Shown: positions 62,591 to 64,000 of the stretch, in pieces
Position numbering within the stretch: position 1 is the first letter of the stretch
How the letters are laid out: each line of letters begins with the position of its first letter
From: a virus
Lineage: Duplodnaviria > Heunggongvirae > Uroviricota > Caudoviricetes
Direction: 5' to 3' (one strand)
Length of the DNA stretch: 64,000 nucleotides
Virus record (IMG/VR): IMGVR_UViG_3300045597_000172
Made by a program: the position numbers and the translations under genes
The notes under the pieces: model-generated
Seen by the model: the letters and a program-made list of their open reading frames with translations, nothing else
The model's database searches: none
Told to the model about the DNA's origin: nothing

Positions 62591-63484
62591 ATGGAATTTC
62601 CAACACAAAAAAAGCTCTACATTTATAACAAGAAGCATCAACGACAGCATCCAGACCACGTGAGTTTTTACTTTTTCGGATCAGGATCAACTGGAAACTC
62701 AGTCTATCTGAAAAAATCAAGACTACTGATTGATCTTGGATTCCCCTACAAAAAGTATCAAAATGTATCACCTATCTTTTTCTACAATGTACGCTATGTT
62801 CTACTGACTCACGAGCACACTGATCATTTAAACGTTGCGACATTATTCAAGTTGTTAGATATGTACCCACATTTGAGATTTCTAATCTCAAAAAGAATGT
62901 TCAAACGTATAACCAACCCACTATACACTACTAACTTCAACACAGATCGTAAAAAAAGAGATATCCAAAAAGAATTACTTAAACAAAAATATTATCAACG
63001 ATTTACAATCATTGATAGTGATACCAAAGAACTCACATTGTATCGACATGATCTGAAGTTAGCACCCGTAGAAATCTATCCACATATCGTTACACATGGC
63101 GATATCACAAATGTAGCCTACGAAATTAAAACTACCGAACTACATGTACTATATTCAAGTGACCTTGATCACGTCTTTGCACCTGAAAGTACCGGACGCA
63201 TCGATAGCGGATTGAATCTTCCACTTGAATATGATCGTTCCGGCAATGTTAAGATTTTCGAACATCCATTTGACTTAATTTTCCTTGAAGCAAACTACGA
63301 TAAAGAAATTCTTGACCGTGTATTAGAAGAAGAACCAGAAAATGCTCACGCTCGTGGAAACTTACGCCACATTTCAGAACAAGAAACATGGCACTACCTT
63401 GATTACGCTCTTGCTAACACCGGTACATTTGTTCCACTTCATGCATCACAAGCATACGGTACGTTAGTACAAGACCTAAACTAA
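62591..63484 (+). CDS. metallo-beta-lactamase-fold hydrolase
   Basis: VLLTHEHTDHLN (HxHxDH), downstream H and D residues. 297 aa. Confidence 0.6.
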   Translation: MEFPTQKKLYIYNKKHQRQHPDHVSFYFFGSGSTGNSVYLKKSRLLIDLGFPYKKYQNVSPIFFYNVRYVLLTHEHTDHLNVATLFKLLDMYPHLRFLISKRMFKRITNPLYTTNFNTDRKKRDIQKELLKQKYYQRFTIIDSDTKELTLYRHDLKLAPVEIYPHIVTHGDITNVAYEIKTTELHVLYSSDLDHVFAPESTGRIDSGLNLPLEYDRSGNVKIFEHPFDLIFLEANYDKEILDRVLEEEPENAHARGNLRHISEQETWHYLDYALANTGTFVPLHASQAYGTLVQDLN

Positions 63485-63506
63485 TATTTAGAAAGAAGAT
63501 ATTCCA

Positions 63507-63851
63507 ATGAAAAAGAAAGTTGTCATCTATACAAAACCAAATTGTCCGCAATGTCATATCACACAAATTCGATTCCATGATCATCACGTTCCTTGCCAAA
63601 CAACTTACTACGGCAACAAAGACGAATCAAATGAAGTCGATATTCTAAGTAAAAATCCCAAAAAACGAGATTGGTCATTACAAAAAATTAATGACCTAAA
63701 ACAAAAATATCATGTGCAAGCCTTACCTTTCGTAAAAGTAATCAATGCAAAAACTGGAGAAATCCTTGATTCGTGGACACATTTTCGACCTAATAAAATC
63801 GACGAAGTTATCAACGAAAATAATGAAAATCATAATTACATTGCTGAATAG
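63507..63851 (+). CDS. glutaredoxin/NrdH-like redoxin
   Basis: KVVIYTKPNCPQCHITQ (CPxC at the N-terminus after a beta-strand). 114 aa. Confidence 0.5.
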   Translation: MKKKVVIYTKPNCPQCHITQIRFHDHHVPCQTTYYGNKDESNEVDILSKNPKKRDWSLQKINDLKQKYHVQALPFVKVINAKTGEILDSWTHFRPNKIDEVINENNENHNYIAE

Positions 63852-63863
63852 AAAGGACATCTC

Positions 63864-64000
63864 ATGCCAAATATCTATAATTTATCATTAATCATATTTG
63901 TCATTTGGATAATCGCAAACATCCTCGAAAGTTGGACCGATAAATGGTTTACAAAAAGCGAAACTTCTAACAGAAACAGCATTAATGCTGTTAAAGAATA
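63864..64000 (+). CDS. hypothetical membrane protein, N-terminal fragment (continues beyond the window)
   Basis: RBS gaaaggacatctc-ATG. Hydrophobic LSLIIFVIWIIANIL. Confidence 0.3.
   Translation, partial: MPNIYNLSLIIFVIWIIANILESWTDKWFTKSETSNRNSINAVKE

Noticed and set aside
1-64000. Possibility of stop-codon reassignment (Lak-megaphage-like TAG or TGA recoding)
   Set aside because: Well-supported genes terminate with all three stops (for example TAG at 2036-2038 and 2427-2429, TAA and TGA elsewhere). ORF lengths are normal without recoding, and the tmRNA tag frame itself ends with TAG.
1-64000. CRISPR array, integrase/attachment site, or toxin-antitoxin cassette
   Set aside because: No repeat-spacer periodicity was found. 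The direct repeats seen are intragenic protein repeats or terminator hairpins. No tyrosine or serine recombinase motifs are present, and the tRNA genes are clustered cargo rather than single attB-type targets. The RHH protein at 11235 is paired with a nuclease, not a classical toxin.

Overview
AT-rich (about 33% GC), densely packed window with almost every gene on the + strand and short intergenic regions ending in rho-independent terminators. It reads as part of a very large virulent or phage-plasmid-like bacteriophage of a low-GC Gram-positive host. An LPXTG sortase signal and MucBP repeats point to Lactobacillales. Contents run in this order. (1) A plasmid-like actin (ParM/Alp) segregation pair. 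(2) A MoxR-like AAA+ / vWA pair beside a two-domain Clp-type unfoldase. (3) A replication/repair block: UvrD-like helicase with a long N-terminal extension, RHH protein, EndA-like membrane nuclease, P-loop helicase-like protein, AEP PrimPol-like primase and an SSB-like protein. (4) An LPXTG cell-wall-anchored protein and a RadC-like JAB protein. (5) A large stable-RNA island with at least 15 canonical tRNAs, a tmRNA (ssrA) whose tag reading frame is readable, and several degenerate tRNA-like elements. (6) A flotillin-like SPFH protein. (7) A 1423-aa MucBP-repeat adhesin-like protein. (8) A 5-kb Tad/Flp-like pilus-biogenesis-like operon (VirB11/CpaF-family ATPase, two TadB/C-like platform proteins, pilin and pseudopilin candidates). 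(9) A second small tRNA cluster (Pro, Ala, Trp). (10) A nucleic-acid metabolism block: SNF2-like ATPase, RNase H1 with HBD, GNAT, VRR-NUC, UNG, RtcB, RarA, guanylate-kinase-like, thioredoxin-like, MBL-fold and NrdH-like proteins. No CRISPR array, integrase, capsid or terminase is recognisable here. The Tad-like module, the tmRNA/tRNA/RtcB combination, the mini tRNA-like elements and the Clp / MoxR-vWA block are the items most worth follow-up.
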